A DNA stretch of 64,000 nt from an uncultured Candidatus Saccharibacteria bacterium (GCA_964532205.1 CAZHGQ010000004.1:3118-67117); one strand, 5' to 3'; counted from the first letter of the stretch, positions 49,057-59,560 are shown. A program made the numbers and translations. Notes: generated by a model from the sequence alone, not told the origin.

Positions 49057-49374
49057 ATGGCCCGCACTCGAAAGCCAACCAGTTCGTCCGAGCCACTCAT
49101 TTCGCAGACGCCACCAGCGGAAGCTACAAACAAGCCAGTGCATACCATTCGCTATGGCGCGGTCAAAGCTACTGTGTGGCAGAACGACAGCGAGAATGGA
49201 ATTTTTCATACCGTGACTGTAAGTCGAAGCTGGCGAGACGATAAAGACCAATGGCACGACTCGCAGTCGTTCCATTTCAAAGAGCTGCCACAGTTGTCAA
49301 AAGCTGTCAACGACGCCCACTCTTGGATCGCGTGGCAAGAGCGGAGAATGGCAGACGCGGCGAAAACGAAGTAA
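49057..49374 (+). CDS. Hypothetical protein (start moved to Met with AAGGAG RBS)
   Basis: aaaggagacttcATG. Followed by a terminator. Confidence 0.4.
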   Translation: MARTRKPTSSSEPLISQTPPAEATNKPVHTIRYGAVKATVWQNDSENGIFHTVTVSRSWRDDKDQWHDSQSFHFKELPQLSKAVNDAHSWIAWQERRMADAAKTK

Positions 49375-49398
49375 GGCTGCTTGCAGCACACCTCCATT

Positions 49399-49424
49399 AG
49401 CCAGGCATCACCCTGGCTTTTGTT
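49399..49424 (+). terminator. Rho-independent terminator (agccagg...cctggct then T-run)
   Basis: Hairpin plus tttgttt. Confidence 0.65.
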
Positions 49425-49524
49425 TAAATGAAAAACCGCTGGCTGATTGAGAGGGGGAAACTCAACCGGGGACGCCAGCGGCAACAGCAATCTATCCATT
49501 CACCTGCGTTGACACAACAAAAAG

Positions 49525-49917
49525 CTAGAAATCTTCGGGCAAGAGAACGGTGGTCACCGAGCGGTCCGCTTCGGTGATGATCCAGAGCTTCACCCCGCAG
49601 CGATCCGTGTAGACCGACAGCAATCGCATCCCTTCCTTCAGCGCGAGATCATTCTCCCTTCGGTCTGATTCGCAGACCTCTCCCCAATCTCCTCTCACAT
49701 GACGAGCTAGGCAACTTGGGATGTCTTCTGGATGCAACTTGTCCTTCGCACTGGCAGTGATAACGCACTGCCCCACTGGAAACAATGATAGCGGCATGAT
49801 GGACTCCTGAGTTTGGATGGATGTAGAAACGATCTTCCTTGAGCGTATGACAGGAATTGATCGCGCGCAACCGTTGGCTGTGGGTAAGAAGACCGCCTTG
49901 ACCGGGCTCAAACACAA
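49525..49917 (-). CDS. Conserved hypothetical plasmid/element protein (HVRGDWGEV...DRREN...WIITEADRS motifs)
   Basis: ORF with distinctive motifs; function unknown. Confidence 0.4.
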   Translation of the reverse strand: MCLSPVKAVFLPTANGCARSIPVIRSRKIVSTSIQTQESIMPLSLFPVGQCVITASAKDKLHPEDIPSCLARHVRGDWGEVCESDRRENDLALKEGMRLLSVYTDRCGVKLWIITEADRSVTTVLLPEDF

Positions 49918-50258
49918 TCAAAATCAAAAAAACTTTGAATTGCTAAGTTGCCGTCACCACAATCCGCGCGGAATTGAAAGGCGAAATCTGGGCTCATTTC
50001 GCCGTTGTCTCCGCTCCATATCGTGCTATGTTGCTTCCGGCTTTTTCCGTTGCCGGTTCCTGCACAATCGACTCTCCTGAGATCGACAATACGTAGCTCT
50101 TCTTGTCCTAGTTACGATGGAACTGGCGAGGTCATTTGTTCGCGATGCGACAGTAGTGCAAAGACCCAAACCTCAACTGGTGAAGCGGTTTCCTGCAAGT
50201 GCTGTCGTGGATATGGCAGGATCGTGTGCCCGATGCATTCACTGCCAAAACAGGCTCT

Positions 50259-50501
50259 TCAAAGTGACCGCTCGAATGATGCAAGCATGACAGAGGGTTC
50301 CTTGCCGCAGGCTTTGCACCAGGAAATAAACTCAACCGGATCGATGCGACGATCCCCAACCTCGACCTTGTGAACATAGGAGGGAGGCTTGCGGAGCTTT
50401 TCCGCAAGCGCACGCTGGGATTGGCCGCTTTGATTCCGCAGCGCCCGCAGCGTGCGACAAAGTTTTCGGTACGCAGGAGTGTGTTGTGCCCTTGCACCCA
50501 T
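50259..50501 (-). CDS. XRE-family HTH transcriptional regulator
   Basis: LRALRNQSGQSQRALAEKL...SYVHKVEVGDRRIDPVEF. Confidence 0.65.
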   Translation of the reverse strand: MGARAQHTPAYRKLCRTLRALRNQSGQSQRALAEKLRKPPSYVHKVEVGDRRIDPVEFISWCKACGKEPSVMLASFERSL

Positions 50502-50563
50502 TACAGGAGCAAGGTAACGTGAACGTCTGATGCTCCCATTTTGGGAGTAACTGGAGGTGTGGT

Positions 50564-50755
50564 ATGTCCAGCCGTAGTTGTCCCCGCTGTCATGAAAAAG
50601 GAACTGTCACCTGCAGCCGCTGCAAGGGATCTGGGCAAGTGTACAAGGGCTTCTTCCGGGATGGCGAAAGTCGCCAGGAATGCCCGAAGTGCGATGGCAA
50701 GGGAGAAGTCCAGTGCCCTCGCTGTGAGGGTTCGGGCACGGTGGAGAAGGGCTGA
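50564..50755 (+). CDS. Small DnaJ-type zinc-finger protein (four CxxCxGxG repeats)
   Basis: CPRCHEKGTVTCSRCKGSGQV...CPKCDGKGEVQCPRCEGSGTV. Confidence 0.5.
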   Translation: MSSRSCPRCHEKGTVTCSRCKGSGQVYKGFFRDGESRQECPKCDGKGEVQCPRCEGSGTVEKG

Positions 50756-50878
50756 TAGACCGACTCTGTGCTGATGATGCCGCTTAACACAGGGATAGTC
50801 GTCCGGTCGAGAATAGTCCAAGCCGACGAGCAAATACTGGGTCGGCTTGGACTTCATCCTTCCAAGAACAAGAACGGT

Positions 50879-51568
50879 CTAGTCTGCAAATGCTACGGGT
50901 TCTAAGCCTTTGCCAGATTCGGAATTGTCCACATCATAACCCACACGCAAACAACCCTTCTTCCATTTGCAACTGCGGATGGTCACCTCTCCCAAATCTG
51001 CTAAGGTCCCGATATGCGTGCCGCCGCACGGGAGCGGCGGGAAGTTTTGAATTGTGACGATGCGAGGCGGCGGTACTCCGTCTGTCATCGAGACTTGGCC
51101 TCCCGCCTCGATAGCGTCGCGAAGCTCAGCAGCCAATGTCGACTCAAAGCCTGAGGGTGGCGCTATTTCACACTGAAATTCGACACGAGCTTCACCGGGC
51201 CAGTGATGTCCACCCTTCGCTCGCAAGGAAGGCAACAATCGTTCGGCGACTCCGGCAATCAAGTGGCCAGCGGTGTGATAGCGTGAGTTCACTGCGCGAC
51301 GATCTGCATCAATCCGAACCTCTACCTCTTCTCCGACTCGTAGACCGTCGACGCTGTCAACAGTATGCGCAATATTGTCGTCATCAGCATAGTCCGCACG
51401 CAAAATCTTCGCTGGCCCAATCCAGCCAAGATCACTAGGTTGCCCGCCACCTTGTGGAGCGACAATCGTCTGATCAAGAAAGACCACCGGCGATGGCTCA
51501 GCGATAATCCGGACCACGCGGGCGCGGCAAATAGCTGCTGAACTTGTGAAATAGGTTTTATTAGTCAT
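50879..51568 (-). CDS. AlaX-like alanyl-tRNA-synthetase editing-domain protein (tRNA_SAD)
   Basis: HTAGHLI and CGGTH zinc-binding motifs. Confidence 0.65.
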   Translation of the reverse strand: MTNKTYFTSSAAICRARVVRIIAEPSPVVFLDQTIVAPQGGGQPSDLGWIGPAKILRADYADDDNIAHTVDSVDGLRVGEEVEVRIDADRRAVNSRYHTAGHLIAGVAERLLPSLRAKGGHHWPGEARVEFQCEIAPPSGFESTLAAELRDAIEAGGQVSMTDGVPPPRIVTIQNFPPLPCGGTHIGTLADLGEVTIRSCKWKKGCLRVGYDVDNSESGKGLEPVAFAD

Positions 51569-51634
51569 TGTGGGTTCCTTATCTTGATAATCAATTCCTG
51601 TATATACGAGCTGACGAATTTTGAGAGATCATTC

Positions 51635-52498
51635 TTATGAGTGATGAAATAGCGGCAGATCTTGGGAAACAAAATCAACGAAACCGCTAATTGATAATCG
51701 CTCCCCTGCTCCAGCACAGGCGGTCACAGCATGGATACGCCTTGCTGATGCGATCACAAGTGCGCCTATTGGAGGATCAAACTCGACATCCGGCGGACCG
51801 ATTCTCGAACGATCAAGCCCGTAGGTCTTGTTCCCCTTATCATCGTAGAACCGAAGAGTGTCGTACTCCGAGCGATTCGTGATGACACGATTCCAGAATT
51901 GGAGTCTTCCACCACTCTCTGTTTTCTTCACATAAACATTGACGAAGAGCTGTTCCTGAATGGAACGGGTTTCGTCACATGGGAAGTCAAGGTCGGCACG
52001 GTCATCGTGGGGATATGCTTCTCCACCGTCCCGAAACACTCGGCACACGCCGGTAAAACATGGCTTTCCGGAGATTCGAAGTTCACGCACACCATGCGGC
52101 CAGGCGTAGCCGACCTCGCGCAGCACCCTATGAATTGGAAATTCATAGGGTGCAAAATGCCGACACAACGCTTTGGACATCTGGTGAACTGAGTCAAAAT
52201 ACTTCGGGCATAATTCTTGCCCAAGACATCCGAAAAGCGAGTTGCCAATCGTGCCGATGCGCTCGGCACCCGTACCCGGCTCATAGGTGGTCCAATGTGC
52301 AAAGGTGAGCAAGCGATCAGCGACGACTTGGCAAGCCGCTTCTGAGAAGAAGCCGGGAATGACCACAGCAAAGTCATCCCGTCGAATCAGCCGACGAAGG
52401 TCTTCCTCTCGGATTTCATCAATCACGCGAACGCCTGGCGGCAGCGTGTCTGCGAAATCGTCGAGAGAATCTTGCCTCGCAGACAATAAATGAGACAT
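51635..52498 (-). CDS. 2OG-Fe(II)-oxygenase-like protein (start moved to Met with strong AGGAGG RBS)
   Basis: YPHDDRAD (HxD) ... RIHAV pattern. RBS aaggaggct 5 nt upstream of ATG at 52498. Confidence 0.35.
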   Translation of the reverse strand: MSHLLSARQDSLDDFADTLPPGVRVIDEIREEDLRRLIRRDDFAVVIPGFFSEAACQVVADRLLTFAHWTTYEPGTGAERIGTIGNSLFGCLGQELCPKYFDSVHQMSKALCRHFAPYEFPIHRVLREVGYAWPHGVRELRISGKPCFTGVCRVFRDGGEAYPHDDRADLDFPCDETRSIQEQLFVNVYVKKTESGGRLQFWNRVITNRSEYDTLRFYDDKGNKTYGLDRSRIGPPDVEFDPPIGALVIASARRIHAVTACAGAGERLSISGFVDFVSQDLPLFHHS

Positions 52499-52825
52499 GT
52501 AAGCCTCCTTTCGAAAGGAGGCCCAGCGGGCAGCGGTAGGCATTCGGCCAATTGCAAAACACTTGCAATTACAATGAATATGGCTCATAATGCACACATT
52601 GGACAGAGGTTAGGACTGACTCGCGAAAGTTTAGGTCCCGATCCCTGAATTGCCCGTCTGGGCCCAATGCCACTAGAGTAATCTGGTGGCTTTTTTTATC
52701 TTAACGCGCATCACAAATCTCGTCCAGAAAAATATCGTTATAGAGAATACTTCATACTTGACGACTAATTGCAGTCGATGGACCTTTCGTTGATTTTAGA
52801 TGCGGCTTTGGCCGATGATTAAAGT

Positions 52826-53320
52826 ATGACCGAAGATCTTGGAAAGAGCCTCTATCGACTGACGGTCAATCTCCGATTGGTTCGTCCACCGAAACCGGAC
52901 AAAGAGAAGCTCTCGGAGCGGGAGATCATGGCGCTTTTCCTCATTAGGTTCTTGGGCACCTGTCCTGTCGAACAACTACGCAGAAGACTCGATGTCCCGA
53001 TGAACACTGCAAGCACCTACATCCGACGATTAGCGGACAAGGAGTTTATTGGGCGATCTTTCGATTCCAAAGACGCCCGAATTCATCTGCTGCAGTTAAC
53101 GAAGCGAGGCGAATCGTTCCTAGAAAAACTTGAGGAAATGCGCGGGCACCGCATGGATACCTACATCGGAGAGCTCGCATTGACGGGCGCTGAAGAGACT
53201 TCCCTTCGTCGAGTGTTGAAGAAGGCAAATGATCTGATTGAGAATCAACTGCGAACCCGCATCAGACGCACGGCTTCTGAAGAGTCGAACGTCCCTCCAG
53301 CCACACTTGACGAAGAGTAG
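52826..53320 (+). CDS. MarR-family transcriptional regulator
   Basis: Winged-helix region TASTYIRRLADKEFIGRSFDSKDARIHLLQLTKRGE. Confidence 0.65.
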   Translation: MTEDLGKSLYRLTVNLRLVRPPKPDKEKLSEREIMALFLIRFLGTCPVEQLRRRLDVPMNTASTYIRRLADKEFIGRSFDSKDARIHLLQLTKRGESFLEKLEEMRGHRMDTYIGELALTGAEETSLRRVLKKANDLIENQLRTRIRRTASEESNVPPATLDEE

Positions 53321-53397
53321 CCCGCCGGAGGAGAGCGATCGACATGCTGACGATTGAAGGTTGCTTGGAACGATTTGAATTGCGCCGGCAGCATTCA

Positions 53398-54690
53398 CTA
53401 TTGAATCCAGCGTCGCAGCTTTTCCTCGACGCAGTTCCTTCGGCTGCCGTACCGCTGGTGGGAACGCTGAACAAGCAGTCTGCTGCGTCCGCACGGCAGT
53501 TTGAGCGCGGCAAGCGTTCTCCCGCGAAATGGCTCTTGCTGCTCGCCATCGCGCATCAGTTTCGCGAGCACTCGAAAGTTCCCCAAGGACGAGAACTCTA
53601 CCGGGGCAAATGATCCGCCAAACTCACGGGAAATAGTTTGCGCATCACTCTCTCCCACTCGGAAACTCAGCATCGAGCCGACGTTACCAAACACGGCTTT
53701 GCGGATAAACTCCGGCACCTGATCCAGGTACTGATGACTCAAGGTCAAGCTGAGTCGGTACTTTCGAGCTTCGGAAAGAATCGATGAAAAACTCGTCGTT
53801 GAAAAGTTCTGAAATTCATCTATCGCCAGAAAAAAGTCCTGCCGCTTTTCTTCTGACACATTCACCCGACTCATCGCTGCGATCTCAAAGCTGGTCACGA
53901 GGATTGAACCAAGGAGATTCGCTTTATCTTCACCCAGCGCGCCTTTGCTGAGGTTCGCGATAAAGATGCGCTTGTGATCCATCATAAAACGAGGATCAAT
54001 CTTTCGTTTCACCTGTCCCAGGACGTGTCGCAGGGGTGGGGCCATGAGTAATTGACCAACCTTGTTTTGAATTGGCGCGATCGCTTCCTTCTGAAACCGC
54101 TTGTCATACCCCTCAAATTCCCGCGTCCAAAATGATCGGACGATGGGATCATTCACCTGCTTCACGACCCAACGGCGATAGTGTGGATCAACCAGCATTC
54201 GCTGGATGCCCAGGATTGATACATTCTCGCATTCGAGTAAAGCGGAGATCGCGGCAGACAAAATGTACTCAGTTCGTGGTCCCCAGGAATCCGACCAGAT
54301 CGCCTTCATGCTGCCAATCAATCCAGAAACGACACGGTGCCGCTGATTGACAGGCACAGACTGAAGCAAATTGAATCCAATTGGATATGAAAGATCGGCA
54401 GGATTGAAATAGACGACATCTTCGGTGCGGTTACGTGGAATATGATCCAGTACATCGCGAGCGAGATCGCCGTGAGGATCAACTAACCCGACGCCGCGGC
54501 CATAATAGATGTCCTGCAGAATCAGGTTTCGCAGCAGTGTGCTCTTGCCCGTGCCCGTTTTTCCCACAATGTACGTATGTTGGCGGCGATCTTCGGGAAG
54601 CACACCAAAAGGCAGCGTCCCATTCCAGACATCTCGATTGCCGATCCAGTTGATCGATTCATCATGAATGTCATTGTGCTCCTCGCTCAT
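53398..54690 (-). CDS. HerA/FtsK-superfamily ATPase (DUF87-like, 430 aa), paralog of the ATPase core of 34936..37986
   Basis: GKTGTGKSTLL, IDEFQNF, SEARKYRLSLTLSHQ. Confidence 0.65.
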   Translation of the reverse strand: MSEEHNDIHDESINWIGNRDVWNGTLPFGVLPEDRRQHTYIVGKTGTGKSTLLRNLILQDIYYGRGVGLVDPHGDLARDVLDHIPRNRTEDVVYFNPADLSYPIGFNLLQSVPVNQRHRVVSGLIGSMKAIWSDSWGPRTEYILSAAISALLECENVSILGIQRMLVDPHYRRWVVKQVNDPIVRSFWTREFEGYDKRFQKEAIAPIQNKVGQLLMAPPLRHVLGQVKRKIDPRFMMDHKRIFIANLSKGALGEDKANLLGSILVTSFEIAAMSRVNVSEEKRQDFFLAIDEFQNFSTTSFSSILSEARKYRLSLTLSHQYLDQVPEFIRKAVFGNVGSMLSFRVGESDAQTISREFGGSFAPVEFSSLGNFRVLAKLMRDGEQQEPFRGRTLAALKLPCGRSRLLVQRSHQRYGSRRNCVEEKLRRWIQ

Positions 54691-54909
54691 ATGCCCGAAT
54701 CAGCCGCCGTTCCTTCGGAAAGACCCTTGGAGTAATCCGGCGCCATTGGGAAACCCACACGCAACGACATCCGTTGTGGTTGACGAGCCGCTAAGGTAGC
54801 GGAGGCTGAAACGGAAACACCAACAGCCTGCCCGCTTGTGTAGTCGTCTGTTGAGCTCCTTCTCAAAAGTATATCTCAACGAACGAAACATTAACTGTGG
54901 AGAAGCTCT

Positions 54910-57378
54910 TCACTTTGACGCAGCTTTGCCACCCCCATCTGCAACAATTAGGGGATTGAGAGGGTTGTTCTTCATCGCATCCACTCGCATCTTCCATTTT
55001 TCCCACTCAACCCCCGACATTCGCACCTGACCAGCCGTTCGGAGACTTTCCAACTCGGCGAGATATGAGTTAACCGCCTTTACAAAGATTTCTCCGTCAG
55101 CACCGACGGGCGCAACCTCGCGCTCCAGCCTTCTCAGGAGCTTTTGGATTGCTGAGATTGAGACGTTGTCCTTATTCAGCCGATTGAAGTCGTTTATAAC
55201 ACGCTTAACTGTCTGAGTAGATGAGTACTTAAGCGTCACGGCGCGACTTCTCTCCAAAGCTTCGCGAATAAAATCACAAATTGCGATGACGTTCGCCCTA
55301 AGGGCTTCGTAAGCCTCTATCTCCTGATCGTCAAATCGCCCAGCTGAGAGATGAGATACAACCTCTTGAAGAACCCCCATCTTGTCGTACTCCCCGCCAA
55401 ATTCCGGCTTCACACCGCGGAACAGTGCTTTCGTCGATTCTACAAGGCCACCAGTTCCATATTCTGGAGACGCGACATGGTTTCGGCAGGTAGCCGCGTT
55501 TTTCTCCCAAGTCTCAGGCAACCATTTTTCAATGTAGTGCAACACCGCTTGCGCATACACGCACTTCGGGATGATGTCCTCTGTGGTGACGATCTGAACG
55601 TTGTCAGAAAAAGAAGTGACCAGAGTTCCAATTTGTCCGACAAACTGCACATCGATCAACTTCCGTTTCTTCTTCGGGTTATTGCCAGTGATGGTAGATG
55701 CAACATCGTTCGCAGGCGGATCAGAGTCTATAACAACAGCTGTCGGCGGTATCGGCTCGTCGGCCCATCGTGATTGCTCCAAGACATTCTCTACGTTTCC
55801 AACGCCATCGGCAGAAACGAACACCACGCTGTTAAGATCCAAAAACTGCCCGACGTTCTCCGGCGTGGCAAACACTCGGATCAGTTCAGTCAAAATGTAC
55901 TGGTCTGTGGCTCCCTCTAGTAAGATGTTGTCAGCACCAAGAAATAAACTGGGAGCACTATCGATACCCAGCGCGGTTCTTACAGGTTCATACCGTCTAG
56001 CCCGTGCCTGCTCGATGTATTGTGTACCTTCTTCCGATTCCTCTTTCTTGACAACCCGGATTCGCCGTGGAAAGTTTCTGTTGATTAGGTATGGCGAATG
56101 GGTCGTATAGATGAGTTGGCAGGTTTGATGCGACGATTCTGGGCTTACAAGTGATTCAAATACTGCCAGAAGGTTTCGTTGCCCCAGAATCGAAAGTGCT
56201 GAATCCGGTTCGTCCATTAAGATAATTGAGTTCCGGTTTTTGTGCGAGAGCTCCATTGCTTTTGCTTGAATGTAATAGCTAAGAAAGTAGCGGAGCCCGG
56301 AACTTCGTTCGCGAAAGGTGTAGATAGAGTCAGTCTTATCTCTGATTTCGAAATAGACCACCCCATCCTTGCAATTCATGGACAGTGAAAACTGCTCATC
56401 CTGCTTCCAAAAATGCGAAAGATTGAGCTTGTCATTCAACTCATCGTTCCACTTCGCAATCTGTCCTTCCACATACCCGCGATCGTTTTGATCGCGTTCA
56501 TAGATGTAGCGTAGTGTCTCTGGAGTTATTTCAAGAATCTCTCGGAACAATTGCATCTCAAGCCCATCCGGAGAGACGTGCTGTCCGGGGATGGCATCAA
56601 TCGACTTCTTGGCGTTTGAAAGTGAGGTGAGAAACTCTTGACCAACTGCGTTTTGTGGCGGAGGTGGCGTGAGCCGCCGAATAACGCCAGCAGCTTCCTC
56701 CATCTTTTTCCTATCCAGCAATCCGACACTTTCAAAGGCTTTGTCGCCGCTAGCAACAAGAAGAGACGCCAGCGGAATTTCGCTGGCAAGCTGGGCCTGC
56801 GAGTGGATATATCTGACTGTAGGAAGGAGCGCTCGCACCCTACTAAGTTGCGATTCATCCAAGAGGACTGCTTGCTCGGATGGTTCGATGTAAATCCTCG
56901 CGGGCTTCTTCGGCTCTTCGTCGGGTGCCAATATCAAAACGAAATGTTTAGACTCTGGACTTCCACTCGGAGAAACAGCCCCGCCGATCGCACTACTTAG
57001 CGCCGTTGACTCTTCCGCATTCTCAATCTCAAAACGCAAGCCGATGTTCGGCCAAGCTTCAACATTTCGGGTCCGGATTCCCGCAAAATGGCAGAGATCG
57101 GTCCGCTTGAACACGTCTCCAGATTCGATTCCCTTCCCTGTTGCGACCTTACTTATCGCATTGAGTAGGTGCGACTTGCCGCTCTCGTTGGCTCCTACGA
57201 TTGTTGTGATGTCGCTTTCTACCGGAATTTCGATGAATGGGAAGATATCTTGTGCAGCAAAAGATGGCGACATTTTGTTCCACGGTCGGTACTCACGCGT
57301 CTCACCCTTTTCGAATGTCCCGCGGTAATTGAGATGAAATGACTTGTACCAACGCAACAGCACTGCTCGAAGTTTCAT
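54910..57378 (-). CDS. OLD-family ABC-ATPase fused to TOPRIM nuclease plus about 250-aa C-terminal extension (Gabija GajA/PARIS/OLD-like)
   Basis: N-terminal ABC ATPase (GANESGKSHLL; signature SSGLRY; Walker B IILMDEPDSALS; TTHSP H-loop). TOPRIM LLEGATDQYIL...VSADGVGNV. Confidence 0.6.
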   Translation of the reverse strand: MKLRAVLLRWYKSFHLNYRGTFEKGETREYRPWNKMSPSFAAQDIFPFIEIPVESDITTIVGANESGKSHLLNAISKVATGKGIESGDVFKRTDLCHFAGIRTRNVEAWPNIGLRFEIENAEESTALSSAIGGAVSPSGSPESKHFVLILAPDEEPKKPARIYIEPSEQAVLLDESQLSRVRALLPTVRYIHSQAQLASEIPLASLLVASGDKAFESVGLLDRKKMEEAAGVIRRLTPPPPQNAVGQEFLTSLSNAKKSIDAIPGQHVSPDGLEMQLFREILEITPETLRYIYERDQNDRGYVEGQIAKWNDELNDKLNLSHFWKQDEQFSLSMNCKDGVVYFEIRDKTDSIYTFRERSSGLRYFLSYYIQAKAMELSHKNRNSIILMDEPDSALSILGQRNLLAVFESLVSPESSHQTCQLIYTTHSPYLINRNFPRRIRVVKKEESEEGTQYIEQARARRYEPVRTALGIDSAPSLFLGADNILLEGATDQYILTELIRVFATPENVGQFLDLNSVVFVSADGVGNVENVLEQSRWADEPIPPTAVVIDSDPPANDVASTITGNNPKKKRKLIDVQFVGQIGTLVTSFSDNVQIVTTEDIIPKCVYAQAVLHYIEKWLPETWEKNAATCRNHVASPEYGTGGLVESTKALFRGVKPEFGGEYDKMGVLQEVVSHLSAGRFDDQEIEAYEALRANVIAICDFIREALERSRAVTLKYSSTQTVKRVINDFNRLNKDNVSISAIQKLLRRLEREVAPVGADGEIFVKAVNSYLAELESLRTAGQVRMSGVEWEKWKMRVDAMKNNPLNPLIVADGGGKAASK

Positions 57379-57612
57379 AACTGTCCTTCAATGAAAAATA
57401 TCGTCGATCGAATTCAATTGCGAGGAGGCGTAGCCCAACGAATATGTTAGCATTGCGTGCAGACGTACACAATTCATCTGCGATCATAGGTTCGTCATGA
57501 GTAATCCCCACCTCCCAATTGACAACCGCAGCCACGTCATGCTTCGCTAGAAACAGTCTCGTTCTTTCCCATTTAGCGCACGCTTCAACCTGCGTCCCAT
57601 GTCGGGTCGCTC

Positions 57613-58029
57613 TTGCTGCGCGCAGAAAGGGTGGCCATGCCACGCAAACAAAAGGTACGACGCTTTGATCCAGGGTTTCATTGTGTTTCGCAGCTAAGTT
57701 TGGAAGAAGAAGCGCGGTTTCTACACCGCGAGGTCGAGAATAGTTTAATCGCCTCTCCCGCCGAACTCGACAAGCTGCGGATTGAGCGACACACCCATTG
57801 CGAACAATCCTGGCAACACCTTTGTTGTCTTCTCGCTCACGTAGCGGAGAAGGATCGCCGAGTATTGCAGGCACTTCTCTTCCGCGACCTATGGTTTGTG
57901 GTCGAATTGTATCGCACCTACCTCAAAGCCAACGCAGAGGACGCGCCACCCATCCGTCAGCACGCGAAGCCTTCAACGGCCCTTGAATTCAGCGATTTTC
58001 TCTTTGACCTTCAACCCCGAAAGGAGTGA
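57613..58029 (+). CDS. Hypothetical protein, translationally coupled to the primase
   Basis: Stop codon at 58027-58029 with primase ATG at 58032. Preferred over the Arg-rich antisense ORF 57302..57874. Confidence 0.35.
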   Translation: MLRAERVAMPRKQKVRRFDPGFHCVSQLSLEEEARFLHREVENSLIASPAELDKLRIERHTHCEQSWQHLCCLLAHVAEKDRRVLQALLFRDLWFVVELYRTYLKANAEDAPPIRQHAKPSTALEFSDFLFDLQPRKE

Positions 58030-58031
58030 CC

Positions 58032-59138
58032 ATGAGTTGGATAGACTTTCGTAAATTGCGTGAGTCCGTGTCATTTAAGCAAGTGCTCGCCCACTACAAG
58101 ATCGAGCTACGAATCACAGGTGACAAAGCCACCGGGTATTGTCCTTTGCCCACACACAAGGGCGAGCGGCGGTCGCCGTCATTTTCTGTAGAGCTTTCGA
58201 AGCGAATATTTCAATGCTTTGGCTGCGGAGCTAAAGGCAACCTGATCGACTTCGTCTGCTACATGGAGGGTAAGAACCCTCGGAACGGTGCTGACGTGCA
58301 TCAGATCGCGATGCTTATCCACCAGACGTTTTTGGAAACCCCAGCTACTCCCCCAGTGAAAGCACCACCGCCTACCAAACCGTCTGTGCCCAAGCCGGTG
58401 TCAACTGCAACAAAGGCGTTGCCCGATCCCACCATCCCTGTTGTGATCAACGCTCCGCTCGATTTCGAGCTAAAGGAGCTTGATCCCGATCATCCGTATC
58501 TGCTTGGCCGCGGCTTCACCGCAGAGACTATCAACCATTTCGGCTTAGGTTTCTGCAACCGTGGCACCTTCAAGGGGCGCGTCGTGATCCCGCTCCATGA
58601 TCTGAAAGGACGTTTCCTTGGGTATTGCGGGAGAATCACCAGCGACAAGCTGATCTCTCCCACGTGTCCAAAGTACAAGTTCCCGCCGCCGCGAGAGCAT
58701 GAAAGAGCGATTCATGAACTTCGCAAATCGCACTTCTTGTATAATGGACATCGCATCAAATCACCGGTGCAGGACTTGATTGTCGTCGAGGGATTTCCAT
58801 CCGTGTGGTGGTTGTGGCAACATGGGCACACCAACACAGTATCGGTGATGGGTGCAGCCTGCTCTAGCGAGCAAGCGCAACTCATCATCAAACACGTCGC
58901 AGCTGATGGGCATGTCTGGGTATTTACCGACGATGACGAAGCGGGCTTACGCTGCGGCGAAAGCCTGCTGAGTCTCATCGCGCCTGAACGGTTCGTCAGA
59001 TGGTTACAACCCATCCATGGCACGCAGCCAACAGATTGCAACGCAGAACACCTCGCCGAACTTCTGCCGCTTGGAACATCGACAGATGCACCCAAAGCGA
59101 GTTCTCGCACGAGAAAACCACTTCCACGCACTGCGTGA
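58032..59138 (+). CDS. DnaG-like DNA primase (CHC2 zinc finger plus TOPRIM), plasmid/phage type
   Basis: CPLPTHKGERRSPSFSV...FQCFGCGAKGNLIDFV and LIVVEGFPSV TOPRIM. AAGGAG RBS before ATG at 58032. Confidence 0.7.
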   Translation: MSWIDFRKLRESVSFKQVLAHYKIELRITGDKATGYCPLPTHKGERRSPSFSVELSKRIFQCFGCGAKGNLIDFVCYMEGKNPRNGADVHQIAMLIHQTFLETPATPPVKAPPPTKPSVPKPVSTATKALPDPTIPVVINAPLDFELKELDPDHPYLLGRGFTAETINHFGLGFCNRGTFKGRVVIPLHDLKGRFLGYCGRITSDKLISPTCPKYKFPPPREHERAIHELRKSHFLYNGHRIKSPVQDLIVVEGFPSVWWLWQHGHTNTVSVMGAACSSEQAQLIIKHVAADGHVWVFTDDDEAGLRCGESLLSLIAPERFVRWLQPIHGTQPTDCNAEHLAELLPLGTSTDAPKASSRTRKPLPRTA

Positions 59139-59185
59139 GTCATCAATACAGAACGACCAGCACTGGTCGTTCTTTTCATCTGAGG

Positions 59186-59449
59186 TCATTCCTTCATTCG
59201 CCTAATCGTCTTTGACAACACCGCAACGAGTTTGTTTGGGTTTGCTCCGCGGGCTAGCACCAACGCAATCATCATGATCTTCGAGAAAAACATAGCGGCA
59301 GCAATTCCTCCGATCGCCGCATACGCCGCCGCCAGCACACAAAAAACGACGACCACTCCAACCGTAACCCATCGTTCCGCCTGACTTACAACTGTCATCT
59401 TTCCCCCTTGTGAGAAACAGCAACTGGCTGTCGCACCGTGCGACATCAC
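59186..59449 (-). CDS. Small membrane protein (hypothetical)
   Basis: Two hydrophobic helices. Confidence 0.3.
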   Translation of the reverse strand: MMSHGATASCCFSQGGKMTVVSQAERWVTVGVVVVFCVLAAAYAAIGGIAAAMFFSKIMMIALVLARGANPNKLVAVLSKTIRRMKE

Positions 59450-59560
59450 ACCCCACTATCCCTATATAGCCAGATAGACGCGCATTAAGTTCCCCGAGCA
59501 ACTTTCCTAGGAAAAATGAGATTTCCAATCCATGCAGAGCAGTAATCAACTAAACGGGTT

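Noticed and set aside
57302-57874. 190-aa minus-strand ORF
   Set aside because: Arg-rich, low-complexity. Overlaps a plus-strand ORF that is translationally coupled to the primase, which is preferred.
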